A stretch of 64,000 nt of DNA, taken from NCBI GenBank assembly GCA_964492335.1, contig CAZBJX010000008.1:2757-66756 (forward strand), in the 5' to 3' direction. Below are positions 27,629 to 39,703 of this stretch, piece after piece. The number at the start of each line of letters is the position of its first letter. Position 1 is the first letter of the stretch. The position numbers were made by a program, and so were the translations under genes. A model generated the notes under the pieces. The model searched no databases. It was not told the DNA's origin and saw only the letters and a program-made list of their open reading frames with translations. This stretch comes from an uncultured Dehalococcoidia bacterium. GTDB lineage: Bacteria; Chloroflexota; Dehalococcoidia; UBA2247; RBG-13-53-26.

Positions 27629-28494
27629 TCCACCACCCACAGCACGAAATAGTATACGATAACCCCTGTGAACACAAGGCTGTCTATGCGGTCCAGGAGG
27701 CCCCCGTGGCCGGGCAGCAGCTTGCCCGAGTCCTTCACGCCGGCCCGGCGCTTGATCAGGGACTCCGCCAGGTCGCCCAGCTGGGCCCCCACGCCGATGA
27801 GGCAACCCAGGCCCGCCGCCTCCAGGCAGGAGAGCGGCAGGGACCAGTCCCCCAGGTTGAGCAGGTAGCGCAGCGCCAGGGACGCCGCCAGGGCCCCCGC
27901 GAACCCCCCGGCCGCCCCCTCCCAGGTCTTGCCAGGGCTTATCCTCGGAGCCATGCGGCGCCGCCCCCAGGCCCGGCCGGTGAAGTAGGCCGCCGTGTCA
28001 CAGGCAAAGGTGGCAAACACCGCCAGCAAGACCAGCTCCCGCCCGTCATCGAGCTGGCGCAGCATCACCCAGTGGCCCAGCATCCACCCCGCGTAGAGGA
28101 TGCCCCCCAGGGTCCAGGCCCAGCTCTCCAGGGCGACGCCCCGGTGGAAGATGGTCAGCCAGACCAGGGGTATGACGGCGGCCGCCGCCAGCAGGGCGGC
28201 GATGCCCCAGTCCACGTACGTGGCCGCCTCCGGGCTGGCGGCCCGTTGGCCGTTGAAGAGGGCGGCTACCACGAAGAGCAGCGCCCAGAGGACCCCGAAC
28301 GCGGTCACCGGCCGCGCCCCGGCCCGCTCCCCCATCTGGAAGAGCTCCCAGGCGCCGACGGCGGCCGCGGCGCCGATGAGCGGGAGCAGCAGGGGGACCC
28401 GGTCGAACCAGGAGGTCGGCCAGGCGAAGTCGAAGCATATGAAAGCCAGAAGCAGCGGGATGCCGACTACCGCGGTGAGGACTCTAAGCTTCAT
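27625..28494 (-). CDS. cdsA: Phosphatidate cytidylyltransferase
   Basis: DTAAYFTG, ISPGKTWEG, GDLAES-IKR, KDSG-LLPGHGG-LDRIDS. Confidence 0.96.
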   Translation of the reverse strand: MKLRVLTAVVGIPLLLAFICFDFAWPTSWFDRVPLLLPLIGAAAAVGAWELFQMGERAGARPVTAFGVLWALLFVVAALFNGQRAASPEAATYVDWGIAALLAAAAVIPLVWLTIFHRGVALESWAWTLGGILYAGWMLGHWVMLRQLDDGRELVLLAVFATFACDTAAYFTGRAWGRRRMAPRISPGKTWEGAAGGFAGALAASLALRYLLNLGDWSLPLSCLEAAGLGCLIGVGAQLGDLAESLIKRRAGVKDSGKLLPGHGGLLDRIDSLVFTGVIVYYFVLWVVD

Positions 28495-28596
28495 CTGAAC
28501 AATCCATACCCGTCGGTTCCGGCATGATTGAGACCCATCCGTTCACGCCGGCCCTCGCCTTCATCCGAAACCCGCGCCTCCGCGGCCGCGATCAGG

Positions 28597-29307
28597 TTAC
28601 GCCCCGAAGTTGCGGGCCCTCTGGCTGTAGGCCAGGAGGGCGTTACGGACCTCCTCCGCATCGAAGTCCGGCCAGAAAGTGGGGGTGAAGTAGTACTCGC
28701 TGTACGCGGACTGCCACAGCAGGAAGTTGGAGAGCCTCATCTCCCCCGCGGTCCGGATGATCAGGTCGGGGTCCGGGACCCCCGAGGTATAGAGGAGGCG
28801 GCCGAAGGCCTCTTCATCGACCGCCTCCGGGTCCGCCTTCTCTCGAAGGAGCCTCCTGGCGGCCTCCACGATCTCGGCCCGGCCGCCGTAGTCAAAGGCC
28901 ACGCAGAGCGTCATCCGGTCGTTGTTCCGGGTCATCTCAACGGACCGGGCCACCTCTTCCTGCAGCTTCCCGGGCAGCCGGTCCAGCCTCCCCAGGTGGC
29001 GCAGCCTGATCCCCCGCCGGTGCATCTCCTTCGTCTCGCGGCCGATGACGCTGGCCAGGATCTGCAGCAGCTCCTTCACCTCGCTCCTGGGGCGCTGCCA
29101 GTTCTCGGTGGAGAAGGCATACAGCGTGAGGTACTTGACGCCGCTCCTGCCGAAGGCCTCGACTACCCGCCGGATGTTCTCCGTCCCGGCCCGGTGCCCC
29201 TTCAAGCGGGAAAGGTGACGGCGCTGGGCCCACCGGACGTTGCCGTCCATGATGATGGCGACGTGGGCAGGGATGGGGCTGATGTCCAGGTTCTCCGTCC
29301 AGGCCAT
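28597..29307 (-). CDS. uppS: Undecaprenyl/polyprenyl diphosphate synthase
   Basis: HVAIIMDGN-RWA, YAFSTENW-RP, DYGGR, PDLIIRTAGEMRLSNFLLWQ. Confidence 0.96.
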   Translation of the reverse strand: MAWTENLDISPIPAHVAIIMDGNVRWAQRRHLSRLKGHRAGTENIRRVVEAFGRSGVKYLTLYAFSTENWQRPRSEVKELLQILASVIGRETKEMHRRGIRLRHLGRLDRLPGKLQEEVARSVEMTRNNDRMTLCVAFDYGGRAEIVEAARRLLREKADPEAVDEEAFGRLLYTSGVPDPDLIIRTAGEMRLSNFLLWQSAYSEYYFTPTFWPDFDAEEVRNALLAYSQRARNFGA

Positions 29308-29343
29308 GGTGCTGCCTGACAGGCGGTCCGGGCGGTGGCCCGC

Positions 29344-31456
<2,113 letters not shown>

Positions 31457-31494
31457 AACTCGTCGTGCTCAGCAGACTGTGCGCGCCGGGAACG

Positions 31495-32004
31495 TTATCT
31501 CCCCAGCTCGAACCTGGCGAACCGGCGCACGGCCACCTTCTCGCCCATCTTGGCCGAGACATCCGCCACGATATCGGAGATCTTCCGGGACGGGTCGCGG
31601 ATGAAGGGCTGCGACAGGAGGCAGGACTCCTCCGGGTTGACCCCGTCATTCTCCTCCTGGGGAACGTCCGCCACCGACACGAACCGCGGGTCGGTGGCGG
31701 CCACCTGCAGAGCCAGGTCATGGACCAGGGCCTTGAACTCCTCAGTACGGGCCACGAAGTCGGTCTCGCAGTTCAGCTCCACCATGGACCCTATGCGGCC
31801 CCCGCCGTGAAGGTAGACCTCGATCAGGCCCTGGGACGCCGCCCGGCCGGCCTTCTTCTCCGCCCGGGCCAATCCCTGCTCCCTGAGGATGCCGCAGGCC
31901 CGCTCTATATCGCCCCCGGCCTCCTGGAGCGCCCGCTTGCACTCCATCACGCCGGCGCTGGTCCTCTCCCTAAGCTCCTTTATCTGCGTCGTCGATATCT
32001 CCAC
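31495..32004 (-). CDS. tsf: Elongation factor Ts, short form
   Basis: [42 protein letters not shown]. Confidence 0.97.
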   Translation of the reverse strand: MEISTTQIKELRERTSAGVMECKRALQEAGGDIERACGILREQGLARAEKKAGRAASQGLIEVYLHGGGRIGSMVELNCETDFVARTEEFKALVHDLALQVAATDPRFVSVADVPQEENDGVNPEESCLLSQPFIRDPSRKISDIVADVSAKMGEKVAVRRFARFELGR

Positions 32005-32806
32005 CGCGCGTCTCCTCCTCGGGGCTGAATGAAAGCGATTCCAGGCTGTCGATGGCCTCCTTGCCGGCTATCTCCGCGCTCTCCCGCTCGGCCTTCTCCA
32101 GGATCCTCTTCCCCTCCAGCACCGCCTCGGCCATCTTGGAGCACATCAGCCTCACCGCCCTCACGGCGTCGTCATTGCTGGGAATCGGGTAGTCGATCTC
32201 ATCCGGGTTGCAGTTGGTGTCGACCACGGCCACTATGGGCACAGCCAGGTGCCTGGCCTCGGCCACCGCCAGCCGCTCCTTGGACGGGTCCACTATGAAG
32301 AGCGCCGCAGGGAACTTGGTCATTTCCTTGAAGCTGCCCATCTGGTGGTTGAGCCTCTGGATCTTCCTCTCCAGCCTGAGCACTTCCTTCTTGGGCAGGC
32401 GATGGAAGAAGCCCCGGGTCCGCTGGTCTTCCAGGTGGACCAGGTAGTCAACGCGCGACTGGATCACGTTGAAGTTGGTGAGCATGCCGCCTATCCACCG
32501 CTGGTTCACATAGGGCATGCCGCACTTCTTGGCTTCCTGCTCGATGGCATCCTGTGCCTGCTTCTTGGTGCCCACGAAGAGTATGTCCCCTCCCTGGGCG
32601 ACCAGGTCCGTGACATACCTGGAGGCCTTGTCCAGCAGGTTGATGGTCTGTTCCAGGTTGATGATGTGGATGCCGTTGCGTTCGATGAAGATGTACCTCT
32701 TCATCTTCGGGTTCCACCGTCCCACCTGGTGCCCGAAGTGCGCTCCCGCCTCCAGGAGCAGCTTCACCGATACAACGCTGCTAGCAGGGGCCGCCTGTTC
32801 CGTCAT
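31970..32806 (-). CDS. rpsB: 30S ribosomal protein S2
   Basis: [52 protein letters not shown]. Confidence 0.98.
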   Translation of the reverse strand: MTEQAAPASSVVSVKLLLEAGAHFGHQVGRWNPKMKRYIFIERNGIHIINLEQTINLLDKASRYVTDLVAQGGDILFVGTKKQAQDAIEQEAKKCGMPYVNQRWIGGMLTNFNVIQSRVDYLVHLEDQRTRGFFHRLPKKEVLRLERKIQRLNHQMGSFKEMTKFPAALFIVDPSKERLAVAEARHLAVPIVAVVDTNCNPDEIDYPIPSNDDAVRAVRLMCSKMAEAVLEGKRILEKAERESAEIAGKEAIDSLESLSFSPEEETRGGDIDDADKGA

Positions 32807-32812
32807 TTCACC

Positions 32813-34222
32813 TCACAATATATATCGGCTCAGATTCTCGTCCTTGACTAAGCTCCCCACCTGTTGCGAGACGTAATCGGCGTCAATCACGACCCGCTCT
32901 CCCTTCCGCTCCGATGCAGTGAAGCTTAAGTCCTCCACTAGTTTCTCTATTATGGTGAAAAGCCTCCGAGCGCCGACATTCTCCATCCGTTCGTTCATGA
33001 GGACCGCCAGCCGGGCTATCTCCCGCACCCCGTCCCCGGCGAACTCCAGCGTCACTCCCTCCGTGGCCAGCAGTGCCTGGTACTGGTTGGTGAGCGAGTT
33101 GCGCGGCTCCGTCAGGACCCTCTCGAAATCCTGCTGCGTCAGGGGGTTGAGCTCCACCCTCAGCGGAAAGCGCCCCTGGAGCTCCGGTATCAGGTCCGAG
33201 GGCTTGTTCTGCGAGAAGGTGCCCGCCGCGATGAACAGTATGTGCTCAGTATTCAGGAGGCCGTACCGGGTCATCACCGTGGTGCCTTCCAGCAGGGGCA
33301 GCATGTCCCGCTGCACCCCTTCCCCGGAGACGTCCCGGCCCGTGTCTATCCTGGGCCCGCACAGCTTGTCGATCTCGTCTATGAAGACCAGGCCGTTCTC
33401 CTCCGTATCGGTCACCGCCCGGTCCACCACGTCGTCGAAATCCAGCAGCTTGTTGGCCTCTTCCCGGACCAGGATGCGCCGGGCCTCCCGGACGCGGACC
33501 TTCTTCTTCCTCTGGCCGTTCCGGCCCCGGCCGGGGCAGCTGTCGTCGAACCACAGCGAGTCCCCGCCCATGTCCATGTCCAGGCGCGGGTCGAAGAACA
33601 TCCCGCCGGCCTCCACGTCGGAGACCTCGATCTCCACGAAGTGGTCATCCAGCTTGTTGCTGGCCAGGAGCTTCGCCAGGCGTGCCCGGGTCACCGCTGG
33701 CATCGGGCGCCTGCCGGTCACCGCCGACGGGGCCTTGGCCGCCCTGGCGGTGCCGCCGCCGGGCGCCTGCTGGCCCTTCTCCGCCACCTTCCGGCCCCTC
33801 TGGGTCATCTGCTGGTACAGGTACCCCACTATGCGGTCGCTGGCCAGCCGCTGGGCGTTGCTCTCCACCTGTTTCAACTGCTCGTGATACACCTTCCGGG
33901 CGCTCATCTCCACCAAGTCGTGGACAATAGACTCAGCATCGCGCCCGACGTAGCCCACCTCGGTGAATCTGGTAGCCTCCACCTTGACAAAGGGCGCGTT
34001 GATCATCGCCGCCAGGCGGCGGGCGATCTCGGTCTTGCCCACACCCGTGGGCCCGATCATCAGGATGTTTTTCGGTATGACGTTCGACCTGATATCGGGC
34101 GGGAGCCTGTGGCGCCGTTCCCGGTTGGACAGCGCAATGGCTACTGCCTTCTTGGCATCCTGCTGGCCGACAATATATCGATCTAGTTCTTCAACGATGG
34201 TTCTGGGTGTCAAATCGATCAT
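32813..34222 (-). CDS. hslU: HslU AAA+ ATPase subunit of the HslVU protease
   Basis: ELDRYIVGQ, PKNILMIGPTGVGKTEIARR, GYVGRD, FIDEIDK, GVQRD, ELQGRFP, GARRL, C-terminal LSRYIL. Confidence 0.95.
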   Translation of the reverse strand: MIDLTPRTIVEELDRYIVGQQDAKKAVAIALSNRERRHRLPPDIRSNVIPKNILMIGPTGVGKTEIARRLAAMINAPFVKVEATRFTEVGYVGRDAESIVHDLVEMSARKVYHEQLKQVESNAQRLASDRIVGYLYQQMTQRGRKVAEKGQQAPGGGTARAAKAPSAVTGRRPMPAVTRARLAKLLASNKLDDHFVEIEVSDVEAGGMFFDPRLDMDMGGDSLWFDDSCPGRGRNGQRKKKVRVREARRILVREEANKLLDFDDVVDRAVTDTEENGLVFIDEIDKLCGPRIDTGRDVSGEGVQRDMLPLLEGTTVMTRYGLLNTEHILFIAAGTFSQNKPSDLIPELQGRFPLRVELNPLTQQDFERVLTEPRNSLTNQYQALLATEGVTLEFAGDGVREIARLAVLMNERMENVGARRLFTIIEKLVEDLSFTASERKGERVVIDADYVSQQVGSLVKDENLSRYIL

Positions 34223-34307
34223 CCCGCCCTCCCGGAGGCGGGTCTACGCCACGGAAGAGTCTAACATAAAGGGGGGGGCAAGGCAAGAAAGACCGCGCTC
34301 CCCCCGA

Positions 34308-34336
34308 TTGACTTGCCACAGGAGCTGTGCTAGTAT
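34308..34336 (+). promoter_or_regulatory. Sigma70-type promoter for udg
   Basis: TTGACT-17 bp-TAGTAT with TGn extended -10. Confidence 0.7.
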
Positions 34337-34356
34337 CGCCCAAGGTCAGGTCTGGC

Positions 34357-34959
34357 GTGTCGGCACTGAGCGATCTTAACAGGGAAATAGCCAACTGCCG
34401 GCAGTGCGAACTGGCCCGGCAGCGGACCAGGGCTGTCCCCGGCGAGGGGGCGGAGGATGCCGCCATCGCGTTCGTCGGGGAGGCGCCGGGCTGGCACGAG
34501 GACCAGCAGGGGCGCCCTTTCGTGGGCCCGGCCGGGCAGGTCCTGGACGAGCTGCTGGCCTCCATCGGGCTGAAGAGGTCCCAGGTCTACATCTGCAATG
34601 TGCTGAAGTGCCGGCCCCCCGGCAACCGGGACCCTCTCCCCGCGGAGGCGGCGGCCTGCCGGCAGTGGCTCGACCGCCAGCTCCAGCTCCTGCAGCCCAG
34701 GATGATCGTCACGCTGGGCAGGCACTCCCTGGCCCGGTTCTTCCCCGGCGAGACCATCAGCCGGATGCACGGCAAGGCGCGCCGGGAGGGAGGGCTGGTC
34801 TACTACGCCATGTACCACCCGGCGGCGGCCCTGCACCAGCAGAAGCTCCGGGAGACCCTCCGGGCCGACATGCTGAAGATACCGGCGCTGCTGGCCGAGA
34901 CGGCCCCGGCCCCCGGGGCCCGGGCCGAGCCCGGGCCGCAGCAGCTCAGCCTGCTCTGA
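34357..34959 (+). CDS. udg: Uracil-DNA glycosylase family 4 (Fe-S)
   Basis: CRQCEL, VGEAPG, GRPFVGPAG, NVLKCRPPGNRDP, YHPAAAL; start moved downstream of the promoter. Confidence 0.93.
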   Translation: MSALSDLNREIANCRQCELARQRTRAVPGEGAEDAAIAFVGEAPGWHEDQQGRPFVGPAGQVLDELLASIGLKRSQVYICNVLKCRPPGNRDPLPAEAAACRQWLDRQLQLLQPRMIVTLGRHSLARFFPGETISRMHGKARREGGLVYYAMYHPAAALHQQKLRETLRADMLKIPALLAETAPAPGARAEPGPQQLSLL

Positions 34960-35015
34960 TGGCCGCCCCGGCCTCCTGAGGCGTCGCCTCCGGCGGCCGG
35001 GCAGGGACGACGGAG

Positions 35016-37256
35016 GTGAAGCAGAGGGCCATGCCACGCAAAGCGGGACCCGGCGGCCCAGACGCCGGCGGCGGGATGCGCATAGCCCGGGGCTGGCTCC
35101 TGCGGGCTGCCTGGTTGCTGTTCGTGGCCATCCTGCTGCTGGTGGCCTGGAACCCCCTGACGAAGGCCTTCGGCCTGGGCGCTCTGCTGGTCCCGGTGCC
35201 GGTCGTCGGCCTGACCATGCTCTTCTGGACCGGGCGGCTGGGGCTGCTCGTGGAGCGCTGGAACCTGTGGCTGGGCGTCCTGGTCTTCTCCGCGGCCCTG
35301 CTGGGCGCCCTGGCGTTCCTCACCCCTTCCGGCCGCTATCTGGGCGAGACCTACATCGGCCAGGCGCCGGACCTGGGCGAGGTGAGCCTGGGGGGGGTAT
35401 GCGGCCAGGCTATCGCCGGGATCAGAGACCTCAGCAGCTCCGGGCAGACCGCCCTCGCGGTGCTCCGCGTCGCCGGACTGGTCATCCTGGGCACGGTGCT
35501 GGTGGCGCCGCGCTGGGCCTGGGGCCACCTGGTCAGCGTGCCGGCAGGGGCTGCCTCGCTGCTGAGGCGGGCCCGGGAGATGGCCGCGGGAGCAGCCGCC
35601 CGGTTGGCCCAGGGCCGGCCGCACCGCGGGGCCTTCGGATGGCTGCGACAGCACCGCCCCCCGCCGGCCCCGGGCGGGGCCCTGACCTCCGCGGAGAGGC
35701 AGGAGATAGAGAAAGAGAAGAAGAGGCGCGCGCGCCGGCCGGCCAGGGCGTCGGCGGCCGTGCCGGCAGCAGTGCCGGCGGCCGGCGCCACCGAAGCCCC
35801 CCCGGTCCCGGGCCAGTGGCGCCCGCCGGATCTCACGCTGCTGGACGAGATGGCCAACGCGGAGCTCAGCAAGGCCGACGTGGACAGGAGGGCCAGGCTG
35901 ATCGAGGAGGCCCTGGCCAGCTACGGCGTGGACGCCAAGGTCAGAGAGAAGAACGTCGGCCCGGCGGTCACCCAGTTCGAGGTGGAGCCGGGCTGGGACA
36001 TCAAGTACCGGGAGGTCAAGGAGAAGGACCGCAACGGCAACCCCCGGGCCCGCAAAGAAGAGGTCTCCCGGACCAGGGTCAAGGTGGAGCGCATCACCGC
36101 CCTGCAGAATGACCTGGCCCTTGCCCTTTCCGCGGCCAGCATCCGCATGGAGGCCCCCGTCCCGGGGAAGTCCGTGGTGGGCATCGAGGTGCCCAACACC
36201 TCCTCCGGCATGGTGTCCGTGCGCGAGGTACTGGCGAGCCCCGCCTTCCGGCGGCTGGCCGGCAGGTCCCCGCTGGCCATAGCCCTGGGCAAGGGCACCG
36301 CCGGGGACATGGCCGTGGCGGACCTGGCCAAGATGCCCCACGTGCTCATCGCCGGGGCCACCGGCAGCGGCAAGACCGTGTGCCTGGACTCCTTCGTCCT
36401 CTCCCTGCTGATGAACAACACCCCCCGGGAGCTGCGGTTCATCATGATCGACCCCAAGCGGGTGGAGCTGATCGCCTTCGACGGGATACCGCACCTGATG
36501 GCGCCGGTCATCACCGAGAGCGCCAAGGCCGTGGAGATACTGCAGTGGCTGACCCACGAGATGGACGGCCGCTACCGCCGGCTGGCGCAGGTGAAGGTGC
36601 ACAACATCGACACCTACAACCGCAGCGGCAGGGCGCCCCGGCCCATGCCCTTCATCGTCCTCATCGTGGACGAACTGGCCGACCTGATGATGGCCGAGGC
36701 CGATGCCATCGAGCCCCTCCTCTGCCGCCTGGCGCAGATGGGGCGCGCCGTGGGCATTCACTGCGTGGTGGCCACCCAGAGGCCCTCGGTGGACGTCATC
36801 ACCGGGCTCATCAAGGCCAACTACCCCACGCGCATCAGCTTCGCCGTGGCCTCCCTGGTGGATTCCCGCACCATCCTGGACACGGTCGGCGCGGAGAAGC
36901 TGCTGGGCCGCGGCGACATGCTCTACCTCTCCGCGGAGCTGTCCAAGCCGAGGCGCCTGCAGGGGTGCTTCGCCTCTCAGCAGGAGATAGAGCGGGTGAC
37001 GCGCTTCTGGGCCGACCAGGCCCGCTCCCAGCCCATTGAGGTCCTGGCCTACGCCGGGGAGCAGGGCGTCAAGGACCCGCTGCTGGACCAGGCCCGGCAG
37101 CTGGCCAGGGACCACAAGCAGATATCGGCCTCCTTCCTCCAGAGGCAGCTGCGCATCGGCCTGGGCCGGGCGGAGGAGCTTCTGAGGCAGATCCGGGAGG
37201 TGGAGGCCACGGAGGCCGCCGGCCCGGCGGTCCCCGGCGACCAGAAGCCAGCCTAG
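35016..37256 (+). CDS. ftsK: FtsK/SpoIIIE DNA translocase
   Basis: N-terminal TM segments, GPAVTQFE, GIEVPN, PHVLIAGATGSGKT, IDPKRVEL, VDELADLM, ATQRPSVDVITG. Confidence 0.95.
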   Translation: MKQRAMPRKAGPGGPDAGGGMRIARGWLLRAAWLLFVAILLLVAWNPLTKAFGLGALLVPVPVVGLTMLFWTGRLGLLVERWNLWLGVLVFSAALLGALAFLTPSGRYLGETYIGQAPDLGEVSLGGVCGQAIAGIRDLSSSGQTALAVLRVAGLVILGTVLVAPRWAWGHLVSVPAGAASLLRRAREMAAGAAARLAQGRPHRGAFGWLRQHRPPPAPGGALTSAERQEIEKEKKRRARRPARASAAVPAAVPAAGATEAPPVPGQWRPPDLTLLDEMANAELSKADVDRRARLIEEALASYGVDAKVREKNVGPAVTQFEVEPGWDIKYREVKEKDRNGNPRARKEEVSRTRVKVERITALQNDLALALSAASIRMEAPVPGKSVVGIEVPNTSSGMVSVREVLASPAFRRLAGRSPLAIALGKGTAGDMAVADLAKMPHVLIAGATGSGKTVCLDSFVLSLLMNNTPRELRFIMIDPKRVELIAFDGIPHLMAPVITESAKAVEILQWLTHEMDGRYRRLAQVKVHNIDTYNRSGRAPRPMPFIVLIVDELADLMMAEADAIEPLLCRLAQMGRAVGIHCVVATQRPSVDVITGLIKANYPTRISFAVASLVDSRTILDTVGAEKLLGRGDMLYLSAELSKPRRLQGCFASQQEIERVTRFWADQARSQPIEVLAYAGEQGVKDPLLDQARQLARDHKQISASFLQRQLRIGLGRAEELLRQIREVEATEAAGPAVPGDQKPA

Positions 37257-37402
37257 CGGCGCGGCCCCCCGGCCCCGGGCCCTTCCCGCCAGTGAAGCCG
37301 CACCGCGCGCGCTTGCACCCCCACGGCCCGGCAGCGAAAGTCGCACCCCGTCCGCCTGCACGTGTAGAATATAGAGAGTCTGGTATTTCAGGAGGCTTAT
37401 CG

Positions 37403-38593
37403 GTGGAAAAGGTACTGACAGGCATCAGGGTCCTCGACTTCTCCCGGTGGTTTGCCGGCCCCTACTCCGCCACGCTGCTGGCCGCCATGGGCGCCGACGT
37501 CATCCGCGTGGAGCGGCCCACCGGAGAGGAGGAGCGCAACTTCGGGCCCTTCGCCCCCAACGGGGAGAGCATGCTGACCATGGTCACCCTGGCCAACCGC
37601 CGGGGGGTCACCCTCGACCCGCTGAGCGATAAGGGGCGGGAGATCGTCAAGGAGCTGGTCAAGAAGGCCGACGTGGTGCTGCACAGCTACGTCAGTGGCT
37701 CGCAGGAAGAGCAGCTCCTGAGCTTCGACGCCCTCAAGCAGATCAACCCGGGCATCATCGTGGCCCAGGTGTCCGGCTTCGGCTCCTGGGGGCCTTACAA
37801 GCAGCGCCCCTGCTTCGACACCATCGCCCAGGCCCTCTCCGGGGCCATGAGCTACACCGGGTTCCCGGAGACGGCGCCCACGCGGTCGGGCTACGCCTGG
37901 GTGGACTTCAGCACCGGCGCCCACTGCGCCCTGGGGATCATGTTCGCCCTCTTCCAGCGGCAGAAGACCGGGCGGGGGCAGTACGTTGACGTGGCCCTGC
38001 TGGACACCGCGGTGGCCTGCGTCGCCGGCCTGGCGGTGGCCGCCGAGGCCAAGGTTGGGGGCATGGTCCGGGAGCGCCAGGGGAACACCAGCTACTACAA
38101 CTTCACCGACTGCCTCGAGGCCAGGGACGGCTTCGTGATGATCGGCTGCGCCGGCAACCCCATCTGGAGGCGCTTCTGCCGGGCCATAGGCCGGCCGGAG
38201 CTGGTGGACGACCCCCGGTTCAAGAGCGACCAGTCCCGCTTCGAGAACCGCCACGCCATCCAGGCCATCGCCAAGGCCTGGGTGAAGGACAAGACCGCGG
38301 AGGAGACCATGAAGGTCCTGGAGGCCGCCAGGGTCCCCTGCTCCAGGGTGCAGAACACCCTGGAGATGGCCAATGACCCGCAGGTGGCCGCCCGGGAGAT
38401 GCTGGTGGACATCGAGTATCCCGGGGTGGGCAAGGTCCCGGTGCCGGGGGTGGTGATCAAGCTCTCCGAGACCCCGGGGGCCATCGAGCGGCCCGGCCCC
38501 ACGCCGGGGCAGCACAACGAGGAGGTCTACTCCGGCATCCTGGGCTTCACCCCCGAGAAGCTGGCTGCCCTCAAGGCCGAGGGGATCATCTGA
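37403..38593 (+). CDS. Family III CoA-transferase (CaiB/BaiF)
   Basis: GIRVLDFS, AGPY, GADVIRVE, NRRGVTLD, FDTIAQA, catalytic Asp in VDFSTG, PGQHNEEV. Confidence 0.93.
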   Translation: MEKVLTGIRVLDFSRWFAGPYSATLLAAMGADVIRVERPTGEEERNFGPFAPNGESMLTMVTLANRRGVTLDPLSDKGREIVKELVKKADVVLHSYVSGSQEEQLLSFDALKQINPGIIVAQVSGFGSWGPYKQRPCFDTIAQALSGAMSYTGFPETAPTRSGYAWVDFSTGAHCALGIMFALFQRQKTGRGQYVDVALLDTAVACVAGLAVAAEAKVGGMVRERQGNTSYYNFTDCLEARDGFVMIGCAGNPIWRRFCRAIGRPELVDDPRFKSDQSRFENRHAIQAIAKAWVKDKTAEETMKVLEAARVPCSRVQNTLEMANDPQVAAREMLVDIEYPGVGKVPVPGVVIKLSETPGAIERPGPTPGQHNEEVYSGILGFTPEKLAALKAEGII

Positions 38594-38611
38594 GCGGCGG
38601 GGGCGTTCTGC

Positions 38612-38641
38612 TTGACAGAATGGCCCCGGTTCTGGTAGTGT
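38612..38641 (+). promoter_or_regulatory. Sigma70-type promoter of the pantothenate operon
   Basis: TTGACA-18 bp-TAGTGT with TGn extension. Confidence 0.65.
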
Positions 38642-38754
38642 GAAAGTGCCATCGACCGATGAGGCGGTGAGCACTGGCTGACTCGAGAGTACTTAACAAC
38701 AAGATCGCTTGGATCGGCAACGACCGAGACGGTGGATAGGATGGACGACTCCGG

Positions 38755-38791
38755 AAGCCTTCTCGGCCATGCCGAGAAGGCTTTCTTTGTT
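38755..38791 (+). terminator. Intrinsic terminator/attenuator in the pan operon leader
   Basis: aagccttctcggc-cat-gccgagaaggctt (13-bp perfect stem) followed by tctttgtt, ending 15 nt before the first gene. Confidence 0.85.
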
Positions 38792-38806
38792 GGGCCGGGG
38801 GGCAGA

Positions 38807-39673
38807 GTGCCAGACGCAGGCTTCATAGGTGCCGGGACAGTGGGGACCGCCCTCGCAGTGCGCCTGAGGGGAAGGGGCTACGGCGTGACAGCCGTGGCCA
38901 GCCGCACCCGGGCCTCCGCCGAGAGGCTGGCCGGCATGGTCGATGGCTGCCGGGCCTGCGACAGCCCCCAGGCCGTGGCCGATGCCGCCGACCTGGTCTT
39001 CATCACCACCCCGGACGCCGCCATACCCCAGGTGGCCGCCCGGGTGAAGTGGCGCCCCGGCCAGGGTGTGGTCCACTGCAGCGGCGCGGACTCCCTGGAC
39101 ATCCTGGCCCCGGCCGCCGAGTGCGGGGCTCTGCGGGGAGGGTTCCACCCCCTGCAGACCTTCGCCACGGTGGCCTACGCCATCGAGAACATCCCCGGTT
39201 CGACCTTCGCCCTGGAGGCCGACGGGGACCTCCTGGCCACCCTGAAGGAGATGGCGGCCGCCCTGGGCGGGCACTGGATCGAGCTCCGGCCGGGCGACAA
39301 GGTGGCTTACCATGCCGCCGCCGTGATGGCCTGCAACTACCTGATCACCCTGGTCAAGCTGTCCACCGACCTGTGGAAGACATTCGGCGTCTCCACACCG
39401 GAGGCCACGCAGGCCCTGCTGCCCCTGCTGAGGGGCTCCCTGAACAACCTGGACAACGTGGGCTTGCCCCATTCCCTCACCGGGCCCATCGCCCGGGGCG
39501 ATTCCGGGACCGTGCGGAAGCACCTGGCCGCTCTCAGCGAGAGAGCGCCGGGCCTGCTCCCGGCGTACGAGGAGCTGGGGCGCCAGACCGTTCCCATCGC
39601 CTTGGCCAAAGGCAAGATCGACAAGGAGAAAGCCAGCGAACTGAATGCGATTCTGGGCCGGCCCTGCGGGTGA
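38807..39673 (+). CDS. Rossmann-like + DUF2520 protein (PanG-type ketopantoate reductase)
   Basis: FIGAGTVG, ITTPD, VHCSG, FHPLQTF, YHAAAV, LTGPIARGD; first gene of the pan operon. Confidence 0.85.
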   Translation: MPDAGFIGAGTVGTALAVRLRGRGYGVTAVASRTRASAERLAGMVDGCRACDSPQAVADAADLVFITTPDAAIPQVAARVKWRPGQGVVHCSGADSLDILAPAAECGALRGGFHPLQTFATVAYAIENIPGSTFALEADGDLLATLKEMAAALGGHWIELRPGDKVAYHAAAVMACNYLITLVKLSTDLWKTFGVSTPEATQALLPLLRGSLNNLDNVGLPHSLTGPIARGDSGTVRKHLAALSERAPGLLPAYEELGRQTVPIALAKGKIDKEKASELNAILGRPCG

Positions 39674-39703
39674 CCGGCCGGACGCAAACAGAGGAGGAAC
39701 TGC

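Noticed and set aside
31970-32004. 35-bp rpsB/tsf overlap as a frameshift error
   Set aside because: Both proteins are complete, tsf has its own GAGGAGG RBS, and S2 C-terminal tails are variable
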